Shown: in pieces, positions 10,062 to 19,750 of the stretch
Layout of the letters: each line of letters starts with the position of its first letter
Numbering within the stretch: the stretch's first letter is position 1
DNA from: an uncultured Bacteroidota bacterium
Lineage (GTDB): Bacteria > Bacteroidota > Bacteroidia > Flavobacteriales > Flavobacteriaceae
Direction: 5' to 3'
NCBI GenBank assembly: GCA_902558025.1
Contig: CACECH010000002.1
Span: forward strand, 27,667-91,666
Length of the DNA: 64,000 nucleotides
Notes under the pieces: generated by a model
The model's database searches: none
What the model was told of the DNA's origin: nothing
Seen by the model: the letters and a program-made list of their open reading frames with translations, nothing else
Translations under genes and position numbers: made by a program

Positions 10062-12890
10062 ATGTTTAAAGAAAATTTTACTCGAAGACATATAGGCCCT
10101 AACTCTTCTGATTTAAATAAAATTCTCAGTACAATAGGTGTCAATTCTGTTGAACAACTTCTTAAGCAGACTATTCCAGAAAAGATTAGATTAAAAAAAG
10201 ACTTGAATATACCTGAAGGTATTTCTGAAATGGAATTTTTAAAAGAGATAAAAAAATTATCATCTTTGAATCAGAAGTTTAAAACTTATATTGGACTTGG
10301 TTATCATGACACGTTTACCCCATCTGTCATTCAAAGAAATATTCTAGAAAATCCTGGGTGGTACACAGCTTATACTCCTTATCAAGCCGAAATTGCTCAG
10401 GGAAGACTTGAGGCTTTATTAAATTTTCAAACAATGGTTTGCGATATTACTAAAATGGAGATAGCTAACGCCTCACTTCTAGATGAAGGCACTTCTGCTG
10501 CTGAAGCGATGATAATGATGTATAATAATAGATCAAAAGATCAAAAGCTAACAAATCAAAATAAGTTTTATGTTGATTCTAATATATTTCCACAAACTTT
10601 AGCTGTACTATCAACAAGGGCTAAGCCACTTAATATTGAATTAGTAGTAGGTGATTTAAATGAATTAAATGAAAATGAGTTTTTTGGATGTATTATTCAA
10701 TATCCTGGAAAGGATGGAAAACTAGAGGAAATAGATAATCTGTTAGAATCCATAAATAATGAAAATCTTAAAGTAGTTATTGCTGTTGATTTAATGTCAA
10801 TAGTTTTGATTGAACCTCCTAATACCGATAAAATTGATGTTGTTGTTGGAACAACTCAAAGATTTGGAATACCTCTTGGTTATGGAGGACCTCATGCTGC
10901 TTTTTTTGCAACAAAAGAAAAGTACAAAAGAAACATACCAGGAAGAATTATTGGTGTAACCAAGGATCTAGATGGTGATTATTCACTTAGGATGGCTCTT
11001 CAAACCAGAGAACAACATATTAAAAGAGACAGAGCAACATCAAATATCTGTACTGCACAAGTTCTGTTAGCAGTAATGGCTGGTATGTATGCAGTCTATC
11101 ATGGTCCAAAGGGCCTAAAAGAAATTTCAAAATCAATTCACCTTAAGGCTGTTTATCTAAAAACCAGTTTAAAGTCTATTGGACTTCAAATTAAATATTC
11201 TAAATTCTTTGACACAGTAACTGTTTTATGTGAATCAAAAAAAATAAAAGAATTAGCAGTTATAAAAAAGATTAATTTTTGCTATCTCTCAGATAATGAA
11301 ATATCAATTTCTGTAAATGAAAAAACTAATTTAAAAGATCTAACAGAAATTATTTCAGTTTTTGAAGACTATGTTAAAAAAGAATCAGGCATTAAAGAAT
11401 TTCCAACAGATATTGAAGTTATTAATGAAAGAAAATCTAACATTTTGTCTCATCCTGTTTTCAACTCATACCACTCTGAGACTTCATTAATGAGATATAT
11501 AAAATCATTAGAAAATAAGGATTTATCTCTAACTCAGTCTATGATTTCACTTGGATCTTGCACTATGAAGCTAAATTCAGCTTCAGAAATGATCCCGATA
11601 AGTTGGACGGAATGGAATAGCATACATCCTTTTGTTCCTGTTGATCAAGCAAAAGGATATCACGAGGTAATAAATAGATTAGAAGGGTACCTTTCAGAAA
11701 TTACAGGTTTTGCTGCAACTTCTTTACAACCCAATTCTGGTGCTCAAGGTGAATACAGTGGATTAATGGTAATCAAATCTTATTTAGATAAAAAAGGTGA
11801 TAGTCACAGAAACATATGTTTAATTCCATCTTCTGCACATGGAACTAATCCTGCATCAGCAATTATGGCTGGATTAAAAGTAGTAGTTATAAATACTGAT
11901 GAGAGAGGAAATATTGATATTGAAGATCTTAAAACTAAAGTAAACGAGCATAAAGATAACCTTGCTGCATTGATGATTACTTACCCATCTACTCATGGAG
12001 TATTTGAATCTGAGATTCAATCAATTAATGATTTAATTCATCAAAATGGTGGTCAAGTATACATGGATGGTGCCAACATGAACGCACAGGTTGGCTTGAC
12101 AAGTCCAAAAATAATTGGTGCTGATGTTTGTCATTTGAATCTACATAAAACTTTCTCAATTCCTCATGGAGGAGGTGGTCCTGGTGTTGGGCCAATTTGT
12201 GTGGCAGAACATCTTAAAGAATTTCTTCCTTCTAATCCATTAATTAAGACAGGTGGAGATTATTCACTTGAGGGAATTTCATCAGCTCCCTGGGGGTCTG
12301 CACTTGTTTGCATTATATCATACGGATATATAAGGATGTTAGGTAGAGAGGGTATTAGAAAATCCACTGAAATAGCGATAGTAAATGCAAACTATTTGAA
12401 GACTAAACTCGAGAAGAATTATAAAATACTTTATAGTGGAGAAAGTGGAAGATCAGCTCATGAATTTATTATAGATTGTAGAGATTTCAAAAAATATAAT
12501 ATTGAAGTTGTAGATATTGCTAAAAGACTAATAGATTATGGATTTCATGCTCCAACTGTTTCATTTCCTGTTCCCGGCACTATGATGATAGAACCTACTG
12601 AAAGTGAAAATTTAAATGAATTAGATAAATTTTGTGAAGCTCTTAATTCAATTTATACTGAGATTATTTCTGATGATGATTCCAAGAGAGAAATGCTCAG
12701 GAATTCACCCCATACATTAAAGATGTTGACGTCCACAGACTGGCCATATCCATATAGTAGAGAAGAGGCCTCATTCCCTAAAAACTATTTAAAAACTAAT
12801 AAATTTTGGCCATCAGTTAGAAGAGTAGATGAAGCTTATGGTGACAGGAATTTAATTTGTAGCTGCCCTCCTATGGAGACTTATAAATAA
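10062..12890 (+). CDS. gcvP: Glycine dehydrogenase (aminomethyl-transferring), single-chain P-protein
   Basis: 942 aa. It has FTRRHIGP at the N-terminus, YTPYQAEI(A)QGRLEALLNFQ, and the PLP-lysine region NLHKTFSIPHGGGGPG. Confidence 0.97.
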   Translation: MFKENFTRRHIGPNSSDLNKILSTIGVNSVEQLLKQTIPEKIRLKKDLNIPEGISEMEFLKEIKKLSSLNQKFKTYIGLGYHDTFTPSVIQRNILENPGWYTAYTPYQAEIAQGRLEALLNFQTMVCDITKMEIANASLLDEGTSAAEAMIMMYNNRSKDQKLTNQNKFYVDSNIFPQTLAVLSTRAKPLNIELVVGDLNELNENEFFGCIIQYPGKDGKLEEIDNLLESINNENLKVVIAVDLMSIVLIEPPNTDKIDVVVGTTQRFGIPLGYGGPHAAFFATKEKYKRNIPGRIIGVTKDLDGDYSLRMALQTREQHIKRDRATSNICTAQVLLAVMAGMYAVYHGPKGLKEISKSIHLKAVYLKTSLKSIGLQIKYSKFFDTVTVLCESKKIKELAVIKKINFCYLSDNEISISVNEKTNLKDLTEIISVFEDYVKKESGIKEFPTDIEVINERKSNILSHPVFNSYHSETSLMRYIKSLENKDLSLTQSMISLGSCTMKLNSASEMIPISWTEWNSIHPFVPVDQAKGYHEVINRLEGYLSEITGFAATSLQPNSGAQGEYSGLMVIKSYLDKKGDSHRNICLIPSSAHGTNPASAIMAGLKVVVINTDERGNIDIEDLKTKVNEHKDNLAALMITYPSTHGVFESEIQSINDLIHQNGGQVYMDGANMNAQVGLTSPKIIGADVCHLNLHKTFSIPHGGGGPGVGPICVAEHLKEFLPSNPLIKTGGDYSLEGISSAPWGSALVCIISYGYIRMLGREGIRKSTEIAIVNANYLKTKLEKNYKILYSGESGRSAHEFIIDCRDFKKYNIEVVDIAKRLIDYGFHAPTVSFPVPGTMMIEPTESENLNELDKFCEALNSIYTEIISDDDSKREMLRNSPHTLKMLTSTDWPYPYSREEASFPKNYLKTNKFWPSVRRVDEAYGDRNLICSCPPMETYK

Positions 12891-12908
12891 TTTAAGTAAT
12901 TTTATAAA

Positions 12909-13979
12909 ATGAACTACAGAATAACTGGTACAGGAAGCTGCATACCAGATATCACAAAGAAAAATTCAGATTTTCTTCAGAATAAATTCCTTGATAGAGA
13001 TGGAAGTGATATTCAAAGTTCAAATTCAGAAATAATCGAAAAGTTTAAGTCTATAACTGGTATCTACCAGAGAAGATATGCCTCTGATGAAATAAATTCT
13101 TCTGACTTAGCAACAGTTGCTGCAAGAAGTGCAATTGTTAATTCAAAAATTGATCAAGAAACATTAGACTACATTATTGTCGCTCATAATGCAGGAGATA
13201 TTTCATGTAATAGTGGGCAAGTAGATACACTACCTTCAATTGCTTCAAAAGTTAAAGCAAAACTTAAAATCAAAAATCCAAATTGTGTAGCATATGACAT
13301 TATTTGTGGTTGCCCGGGTTGGTTAGAAGGAATGATTCAAGCAAAATCTTTTATTAAGTCTGGAATGGCAAATAAATGCTTAATAATTGGTTGTGACACA
13401 CTTTCAAGAATTCTAGATGAAAACGATAGAGACTCTATGATATATGCAGATGGATCAGGTGCTACTATATTAGAAAAAGATACTTCTTATGATGGGGGAA
13501 TATTATCTCATAAATCAGCAACTTTTACCCATGAGGGTGAAAATGATTATATATTCTATGGTTCTTCATATGATAAAGACTTAAGAGAAAGTAAAGATCA
13601 GAAGTTTATCAAAATGCAGGGTAGAAGAGTATATGAATTTGCACTTACAAATGTTCCTATTGCAATGAAATCATGTTTTGAGGAGTCTAAATGTAATATT
13701 AATGATCTTAAAAAAATATTTATTCATCAAGCTAATAAAAAAATGGATGAAGCAATTATTAAGAGATTTTATAGACTCTATAAAAATACTCCACCAGAGG
13801 GTGTTCTTCCAATGAACATAGAAGAATTTGGAAACAGTTCAGTAGCTACAATTCCAACTCTTTTTGATATAGTTAAAAGAAACAACTATGGAGGACATGT
13901 CTTAAATAAAGGAGACATAATAATGTTTGCAAGTGTAGGAGCAGGTATGAATATAAATGCTATAACCTATAAGATTTAA
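12909..13979 (+). CDS. KAS III (FabH)-like 3-oxoacyl-ACP synthase family protein, long divergent paralogue
   Basis: 356 aa. The Cys-His-Asn triad contexts are DIICGCPGW, IHQANKKM and FGNSSVATIP. It has an N-terminal insertion relative to the canonical FabH at 56609-57616. Confidence 0.8.
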   Translation: MNYRITGTGSCIPDITKKNSDFLQNKFLDRDGSDIQSSNSEIIEKFKSITGIYQRRYASDEINSSDLATVAARSAIVNSKIDQETLDYIIVAHNAGDISCNSGQVDTLPSIASKVKAKLKIKNPNCVAYDIICGCPGWLEGMIQAKSFIKSGMANKCLIIGCDTLSRILDENDRDSMIYADGSGATILEKDTSYDGGILSHKSATFTHEGENDYIFYGSSYDKDLRESKDQKFIKMQGRRVYEFALTNVPIAMKSCFEESKCNINDLKKIFIHQANKKMDEAIIKRFYRLYKNTPPEGVLPMNIEEFGNSSVATIPTLFDIVKRNNYGGHVLNKGDIIMFASVGAGMNINAITYKI

Positions 13980-13984
13980 TCATA

Positions 13985-14722
13985 ATGAAACTTTTTTTTC
14001 ATATAGGTAGGTATTTTTTAATGATTAAATACACTTTTACAAAATTTACTAAGTGGAATGTTTTAAAAAAATTAATTGTTCAAGAGATTGATGATCTCAT
14101 TATTGGCTCTATTTGGATTGTAGCATTTATGTCTTTTTTAGTGGGAGGCGTCGTTGCAATTCAGACTGCTCTTAATATTGAGAGTCCTTTTCTACCAGGA
14201 AATCTTATTGGATTTGCAACAAGACAATCAGTAATTTTAGAATTTGCTCCAACTCTAATTTCTATAATTATGGCAGGAAAGGTTGGGTCTTTTATTACAT
14301 CTAGCATTGGAACTATGAGAGTTACAGAGCAAATAGATGCACTGGAAGTAATGGGTGTTAATTCATTTAATTATCTAATTTTTCCAAAAATTATTTCTTT
14401 AATGTTATATCCATTCTTAATTACTTTAGCAATGTTTCTAGGAATATTAGGTGGTTATGTGGCCAGTGTTTACGCAGGATTTTCTTCAAGTTTTGATTTT
14501 ATTCAAGGAATTCAATTAGATTTTAAAGTGTTTCACGTAATATACGCATATATAAAGACAACATTATTTGCATTTATTTTAGCTACAATTCCTTCTTATC
14601 ACGGATTCTTTATGAAAGGTGGTGCATTGGAAGTGGGTAAAGCAAGTAATATATCTTTTGTTTGGACCAGTATCGTAATTATCATAATTAACTTTGTTGT
14701 AACTCAACTTTTATTATCATAA
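13985..14722 (+). CDS. mlaE: MlaE-family ABC transporter permease (lipid asymmetry / phospholipid transport type)
   Basis: 245 aa and multi-TM, with the MlaE signature MRVTEQIDALEVMGVN. It starts 6 nt after the KAS III-like gene. Confidence 0.88.
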   Translation: MKLFFHIGRYFLMIKYTFTKFTKWNVLKKLIVQEIDDLIIGSIWIVAFMSFLVGGVVAIQTALNIESPFLPGNLIGFATRQSVILEFAPTLISIIMAGKVGSFITSSIGTMRVTEQIDALEVMGVNSFNYLIFPKIISLMLYPFLITLAMFLGILGGYVASVYAGFSSSFDFIQGIQLDFKVFHVIYAYIKTTLFAFILATIPSYHGFFMKGGALEVGKASNISFVWTSIVIIIINFVVTQLLLS

Positions 14723-15477
14723 TGATTAAAGTAGAAGAAATATCAAAATCATTTGATGGGGTTAAAATTTTGAAAGAAATTTCAACTGTTTTTGATAAGG
14801 GAAAGACTAATCTAATAATTGGTCAGAGTGGATCAGGAAAAACTGTTTTAATGAAATGTCTACTAGGACTCCTTGAGGTTGAGAGAGGAAATATTTATTT
14901 TGATAATGAAAAGTTTGATAAAGAGAATATATCAGCATTAGCTCACTTAAGGAAAGAAGTTGGAACTGTTTTCCAGGGAAGTGCTTTATTTGATTCAATG
15001 ACGGTATTAGAGAATATTATTTTTCCAATGAAAATGTTTTCAAATAAAACTGATGAAGAAATGTTATTGAGAGCTCAAGAAGTAATTAATAGAGTTGACT
15101 TAAAAGATGCTGATAATAAATATCCTTCTGAAATATCTGGTGGAATGAAAAAAAGGGTTGCAATAGCAAGAGCTATTGTTTTAAATCCAAAGTATCTTTT
15201 TTGTGACGAGCCTAATTCCGGACTTGATCCAAAGACAGCTATAATAATTGACAAGTTAATTCAAGAGATAACAATCGAGTATAATATTACAACTGTCATA
15301 AATACCCATGATATGAATTCAGTTATGGAGATTGGGGATAAAATTATTTTTTTAGTTCAAGGAGAAAAAGTCTGGGAAGGAAATAATAAAGAAATTCTAA
15401 AAACTAATAACAAACTAGTTAACGACTTTGTCTATTCATCTGAATTACTAAGAAAGGTTGGAAAATTAGGGAGTTGA
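14722..15477 (+). CDS. mlaF: MlaF-type ABC transporter ATP-binding protein
   Basis: 251 aa. It has Walker A GQSGSGKT, the signature SGGMKKRV and Walker B LFCDEP. The start overlaps the mlaE stop (TAATG). Confidence 0.9.
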   Translation: MIKVEEISKSFDGVKILKEISTVFDKGKTNLIIGQSGSGKTVLMKCLLGLLEVERGNIYFDNEKFDKENISALAHLRKEVGTVFQGSALFDSMTVLENIIFPMKMFSNKTDEEMLLRAQEVINRVDLKDADNKYPSEISGGMKKRVAIARAIVLNPKYLFCDEPNSGLDPKTAIIIDKLIQEITIEYNITTVINTHDMNSVMEIGDKIIFLVQGEKVWEGNNKEILKTNNKLVNDFVYSSELLRKVGKLGS

Positions 15478-16137
15478 GTTTGAAACAGATATAAGTTTTC
15501 CATTAAATAATTTTCCACCATTTAAAGCAAAATCTAATATATAACTTGCCATTTCATTAGGGTTTGTTTGTGCAAAATATTCAGGAAAAGCCTCTTTAAG
15601 CATCTTTGTTTGAACAGCACCTAGAGCAAGAACATTAAAAGAAGGGCCATTTGGAAATTCCTCTGCTAATACTTCAGTTAAAGCAATAACTGCAGCCTTG
15701 CTACTTGAGTATACAGACAGACCAGGAAATTTTTTTGAACCATTTACACCTCCAATACTACTTATATTAATCACATGGCCTGACTTATTAATTATTGGCA
15801 AAAGCAATCTTGTAATTTGAGCTAAACCAAAAACATTTACATCATAGGTTTCCTTAAAGGATTCATATGAAGTTTTATCAAAAGTTTCATTTTTGAGATG
15901 ACCTGCATTATTGATTAAAAAGTCGATGTTAACTTTTTTACTTTTCAAACTTTCAACTAAATTATTTAATTGATCATTATCTGTTATATCAACTGAATAA
16001 CAATCAATCCCTTTAATATTTTCAAGAGGCTTAGAATTTCTTGATACAGATATAACTCTATATTTAAGCTTAAGAGCTTGAAGACATATTTCATAGCCTA
16101 TACCAGAGCTTGTTCCGGACACAAGTATAGTTTTCAT
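15466..16137 (-). CDS. Short-chain dehydrogenase/reductase (SDR) family oxidoreductase
   Basis: 223 aa with the cofactor motif GTSSGIG, NNAG, and catalytic YSSSK. The substrate is not inferable. Confidence 0.85.
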   Translation of the reverse strand: MKTILVSGTSSGIGYEICLQALKLKYRVISVSRNSKPLENIKGIDCYSVDITDNDQLNNLVESLKSKKVNIDFLINNAGHLKNETFDKTSYESFKETYDVNVFGLAQITRLLLPIINKSGHVINISSIGGVNGSKKFPGLSVYSSSKAAVIALTEVLAEEFPNGPSFNVLALGAVQTKMLKEAFPEYFAQTNPNEMASYILDFALNGGKLFNGKLISVSNSTP

Positions 16138-17393
16138 TAGATTAAAATTGAGACTGGATTTTCAATGTAATCTTTCAAAGTTTTTAGAAACAATGAACCA
16201 GTAGCACCATCAACTGTTCTATGATCACATGCTAATGTTAACTTCATAGTATTTCCAATGACTATCTCTGAATTTTTAACTATTGGTTTTTGAATTATTG
16301 CACCAATGGAAAGTATCGCAGAATTAGGTTGATTAATTATTGATGTAAAACTTTCTATACCAAACATACCAAGATTAGATATTGTAAATGTACTTCCTTC
16401 AATTTCAGATGGATTTAATTTTTTGTTTTTTGCTCTTTCTGCAAAATCCTTTATTTCTGAATTAATCTCAGGAAGATCTTTAGAGTTTGCAAACTTAACA
16501 ACTGGGACTACTAGGCCATCCTCAACAGCAACAGCGACACCAAGATGAACATGCTCACTGAATAAAATTTTATCATCATACCATCTAGAATTAACTTTTG
16601 GATGCTTAGCAAGAGAAAGTGCAACAGCCTTAGCTATAATATCGTTAAATGAGATTTTTATATTTTGAGTATTTATAAATTGTTGCCTAAATGATATCAT
16701 GTTATCCATTTCCAGCTCAATGTTTAGATAGTAATGAGGTGCTGAAAATTTTGAATCAGATAATCTCTTTGCAATAGCTTTTCTCATAGTATTGTTAGAA
16801 ATCTCATATGATGATTCTTTAACATGAGGCTTTGGTTGAGCAAAATGAGTGTAATTTGAAGGTTTATATGAATCTATATCTCTTTTTATAATTCTTCCAT
16901 TATCACCAGTCCCTTTAATTAATGAAATATCTATTCCCTTTTCAGATGCAAGTTTTTTTGCTAATGGTGAAATAAGTACTCTACCATTAGAGTCAAACTT
17001 TGGTTGATCATGAGTTATTGGTTCAGGTTCCTGTTTAACCTCTACTTTGGGCTCCTCTTTAACTTCTGGTTCAGGTTCCTGTTTAACCTCTACTTTGGGC
17101 TCCTCTTTAACTTCTGGTGTAGAATCACCTTTGATTAGTGACGATATATCTTCTCCTTTTGAACCAATTACAGCAATTATACTATCTACTGGAGCTGTAG
17201 AGCCTTCATTTATTCCTATATGTAGAAGAACTCCATCATAAAAAGATTCAAACTCCATTGTAGCCTTATCTGTCTCAATTTCTGCTAAAATCTCTCCTTC
17301 TTTAACATCATCTCCAACTTTTTTGAACCACTTTGCAAGAGTACCCTCTTCCATAGTATCACTCAGTCTTGGCATATTTATAACCTCAGCCAT
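16137..17393 (-). CDS. pdhC: Pyruvate dehydrogenase complex E2, dihydrolipoyllysine-residue acetyltransferase
   Basis: 418 aa. It has the lipoyl domain (EIETDKATMEFES), a Pro/Glu/Lys linker, the E3-binding domain (ISPLAKKLASEKGIDIS) and the catalytic DHRTVDG. Confidence 0.93.
   Translation of the reverse strand: MAEVINMPRLSDTMEEGTLAKWFKKVGDDVKEGEILAEIETDKATMEFESFYDGVLLHIGINEGSTAPVDSIIAVIGSKGEDISSLIKGDSTPEVKEEPKVEVKQEPEPEVKEEPKVEVKQEPEPITHDQPKFDSNGRVLISPLAKKLASEKGIDISLIKGTGDNGRIIKRDIDSYKPSNYTHFAQPKPHVKESSYEISNNTMRKAIAKRLSDSKFSAPHYYLNIELEMDNMISFRQQFINTQNIKISFNDIIAKAVALSLAKHPKVNSRWYDDKILFSEHVHLGVAVAVEDGLVVPVVKFANSKDLPEINSEIKDFAERAKNKKLNPSEIEGSTFTISNLGMFGIESFTSIINQPNSAILSIGAIIQKPIVKNSEIVIGNTMKLTLACDHRTVDGATGSLFLKTLKDYIENPVSILI
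17020..17115. repeat. Perfect 2 x 48-bp direct tandem repeat inside the pdhC linker
   Basis: The unit ggttcaggttcctgtttaacctctactttgggctcctctttaacttct occurs at 17020-17067 and again, identically, at 17068-17115. It encodes EVKEEPKVEVKQEPEP twice. Confidence 0.97.
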
Positions 17394-17394
17394 A

Positions 17395-18396
17395 TTAATC
17401 TAATTTATGTTTAATAAATGGATAATCATTTTGCTCGTAAACAACATCATACATAACAGAAGTATCTGGAAAAGGAGATGACTCTGAAAATTCTTCACAC
17501 TCTGCAATTATTTTTTTAACTTTTTTATCAATCTTTTCAATATCAGATTTAGTTCCATATTTCTTTGAGAGAATAATTTTTTCAACCTGAGTAATTGGAT
17601 CAATTTTTCTATACTCTTCGACTTCTTCTTTAGTTCTATACTGTTGAGCATCAGACATCGAGTGACCTCTATACCTGTAGGTTTTCACATCAAGAAGTGA
17701 AGGACCTTTTCCAGCTCTTGCATGTTTTACACATTTATCAATTACCTCAGCAACTTTAACTGGGTCCATACCATCTACTGGCATTGAAGGCATTTCGTAT
17801 GGCTCACCTAATTTCCAAAGATCTTCTTGACTTGTTGTTCTTGCAACTGATGTTCCCATGGCATAACCATTATTTTCAACTATATAAATGACAGGTAGTT
17901 TCCATAAAGCAGCAAGATTAATTGACTCATGAAATGCTCCTTGTCTAATTGCACCATCACCTAGAAAGCAAAGAGTGACACTATCTCTTTTAAAATATTT
18001 ATCACCAAAAGCAATTCCAGTGCCTAATGGAATCTGACCTCCAACAATACCATGACCTCCAAAAAAATTATATTTTTTTGAAAAAATATGCATTGACCCA
18101 CCTAAACCTCCAGATGTACCGGTTGCTTTACCGAATAATTCTGCCATTACAAATTTTGGATCTTCTCCTAGACCTATTGCATGAACATGACTTCTATATG
18201 AACTAATCATTCTGTCCTTTTTAGGATCTATGGAATGAAGACAGCCAGCAAGAACTGCTTCTTGGCCATTATAAAGATGTAAAAAACCTCTTATTTTTTG
18301 TTGAATATATTTAGCAGCAAGTTTATCCTCAAACTTTCTCCATAAAAGCATATTTTCATACCAATCTAAATAAGTCTTTCCAGTAATTTTTTTCAT
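17395..18396 (-). CDS. pdhA: Pyruvate dehydrogenase (acetyl-transferring) E1 alpha subunit
   Basis: TPP-binding motif GDGAIRQGAFHESINLAALWKLPVIYIVENNGY, plus YRYRGHSMSD. The start is set at the ATG at 18396 (MKKITGKTYLDWYENM...). The 28-codon extension in the ORF track would run into murF. Confidence 0.92.
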   Translation of the reverse strand: MKKITGKTYLDWYENMLLWRKFEDKLAAKYIQQKIRGFLHLYNGQEAVLAGCLHSIDPKKDRMISSYRSHVHAIGLGEDPKFVMAELFGKATGTSGGLGGSMHIFSKKYNFFGGHGIVGGQIPLGTGIAFGDKYFKRDSVTLCFLGDGAIRQGAFHESINLAALWKLPVIYIVENNGYAMGTSVARTTSQEDLWKLGEPYEMPSMPVDGMDPVKVAEVIDKCVKHARAGKGPSLLDVKTYRYRGHSMSDAQQYRTKEEVEEYRKIDPITQVEKIILSKKYGTKSDIEKIDKKVKKIIAECEEFSESSPFPDTSVMYDVVYEQNDYPFIKHKLD

Positions 18397-18431
18397 ATTA
18401 TAAAGTTGAAGTCTGTGATCAAAAGACGCAG

Positions 18432-18439
18432 CAAAAATA
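18432..18439 (-). promoter_or_regulatory. Putative -7 promoter box (TAttTTTG) for pdhA-pdhC
   Basis: The reverse complement of caaaaata is TATTTTTG. It lies 35 nt upstream of the pdhA ATG (18396). Confidence 0.35.
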
Positions 18440-18472
18440 CTGATTTCTTTAGTATATTGCAATAAAATTAGG

Positions 18473-19750
18473 TTGGACACTCAAAAATTATATTCTCTTT
18501 TCAATTCTTGCTCAGGTGTATCTACTGATACTAGGAAAATTAATAAAGATGAAATGTATTTTTCATTAAAAGGAGATAATTTCGATGGTAATGTTTTTGC
18601 AAAGGAAGCAATTGAAAAAGGTGCAAAGTTTTCAATTGTTGATGATGTTGAGCAAAAAGATATTCATGATAATATAGTTTATGTAGAAAACAGTTTAAAA
18701 GCTCTTCAAGATTTAAGCAATCATCATAGATCTCTATTTGACACAAAAGTTATTGGAATTACTGGTAGTAACGGTAAAACTACCACTAAGAATCTAATCT
18801 ATTCAATCCTTTCTCAAAAGTATAATGTAATCAAGACAAAAGGGAATTTGAATAATCACATAGGGGTTCCAATCTCACTACTCAATATAAAAGATGATAT
18901 TGATGTTGCAATTATAGAGATGGGTGCTAACCATGTTGGAGAAATAAAAAGATTATGTGAAATTGCTATGCCAGATATAGGATTAATTACTAATTATGGG
19001 TATGCTCATCTTGAGGGATTTGGAAGTTTTGAAGGGGTTATAAAAGGTAAGACTGAGATGTTTGAATATTTAACAGAAAACTATGGTCACATAATTTTAA
19101 ATAACGATGATAAATTACAAGTAGAAAATTGTAAGGGAGACCTTGCGGTGACTTATGGAAGCAGCAAAGATTCAGAATATATATTTGATTACAAAAAAGA
19201 TAATTCATCTTTGAAACTTAAAACTGATGGATTCGAGTTTAATTCAAATCTCTACGGTGAATATAACTTTTCAAATTTGGCCTCAAGTATTACAGTGGGA
19301 AAGTTCCTTGACTTGTCAAATAAAGAAATTCAAGAAGGACTTAATAAATTTTTAAATGACTCCAATAGGTCTGAAATTTTGACTTTTGATAGTAATAATA
19401 TTTATTTAGATGCATATAACGCAAATCCTACAAGCATGTTAGCAGCTATTTCAAATTTTGAAAATATGAATATAAATAATAGAGTATTAATATTGGGAGA
19501 GATGTTTGAACTTGGAAAGTATTCAGATCATGAACATCAAAAAATAGTTGATTTTGTTAAAAACAAAGATTATAGTAAAGTCTATTTAGTAGGTGATAAT
19601 TTTTCAAAGTGTAATACTGAAGGGGAATATTTTTTTAAGTTTTCAAATACAGATGAATTAGCACAATCTGATTCATTTAAAAGTTTAAAAAATATGAATA
19701 TTTTGGTAAAAGGGTCAAGGGGAGTTAAATTAGAAAAATTATTTAGATAA
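18473..19750 (+). CDS. murF: UDP-N-acetylmuramoyl-tripeptide--D-alanyl-D-alanine ligase
   Basis: 425 aa. Mur ligase motifs are STDTRKI, GITGSNGKTTTK and DAYNANP. The TTG start is required to retain the conserved N-terminus. Confidence 0.93.
   Translation: MDTQKLYSLFNSCSGVSTDTRKINKDEMYFSLKGDNFDGNVFAKEAIEKGAKFSIVDDVEQKDIHDNIVYVENSLKALQDLSNHHRSLFDTKVIGITGSNGKTTTKNLIYSILSQKYNVIKTKGNLNNHIGVPISLLNIKDDIDVAIIEMGANHVGEIKRLCEIAMPDIGLITNYGYAHLEGFGSFEGVIKGKTEMFEYLTENYGHIILNNDDKLQVENCKGDLAVTYGSSKDSEYIFDYKKDNSSLKLKTDGFEFNSNLYGEYNFSNLASSITVGKFLDLSNKEIQEGLNKFLNDSNRSEILTFDSNNIYLDAYNANPTSMLAAISNFENMNINNRVLILGEMFELGKYSDHEHQKIVDFVKNKDYSKVYLVGDNFSKCNTEGEYFFKFSNTDELAQSDSFKSLKNMNILVKGSRGVKLEKLFR

Noticed and set aside
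8024-10076. purK and gcvP both begin ATGTTTAA(G/A)GAAAAT (MFKEN), and both are preceded by TATTTTTG.
   Set aside because: The identity covers only ~15 nt of AT-rich sequence plus a common promoter octamer, and similarity stops immediately afterwards. It is most likely coincidence rather than a shared regulatory leader or duplication.
18397-18480. 28-codon N-terminal extension of pdhA in the ORF track (MSNLILLQYTKEISIFAASFDHRLQLYN).
   Set aside because: It would overlap the divergent murF start and swallow the putative pdhA -7 box. The conserved PdhA N-terminus begins at the internal ATG (MKKITGKTYLDWYENM).
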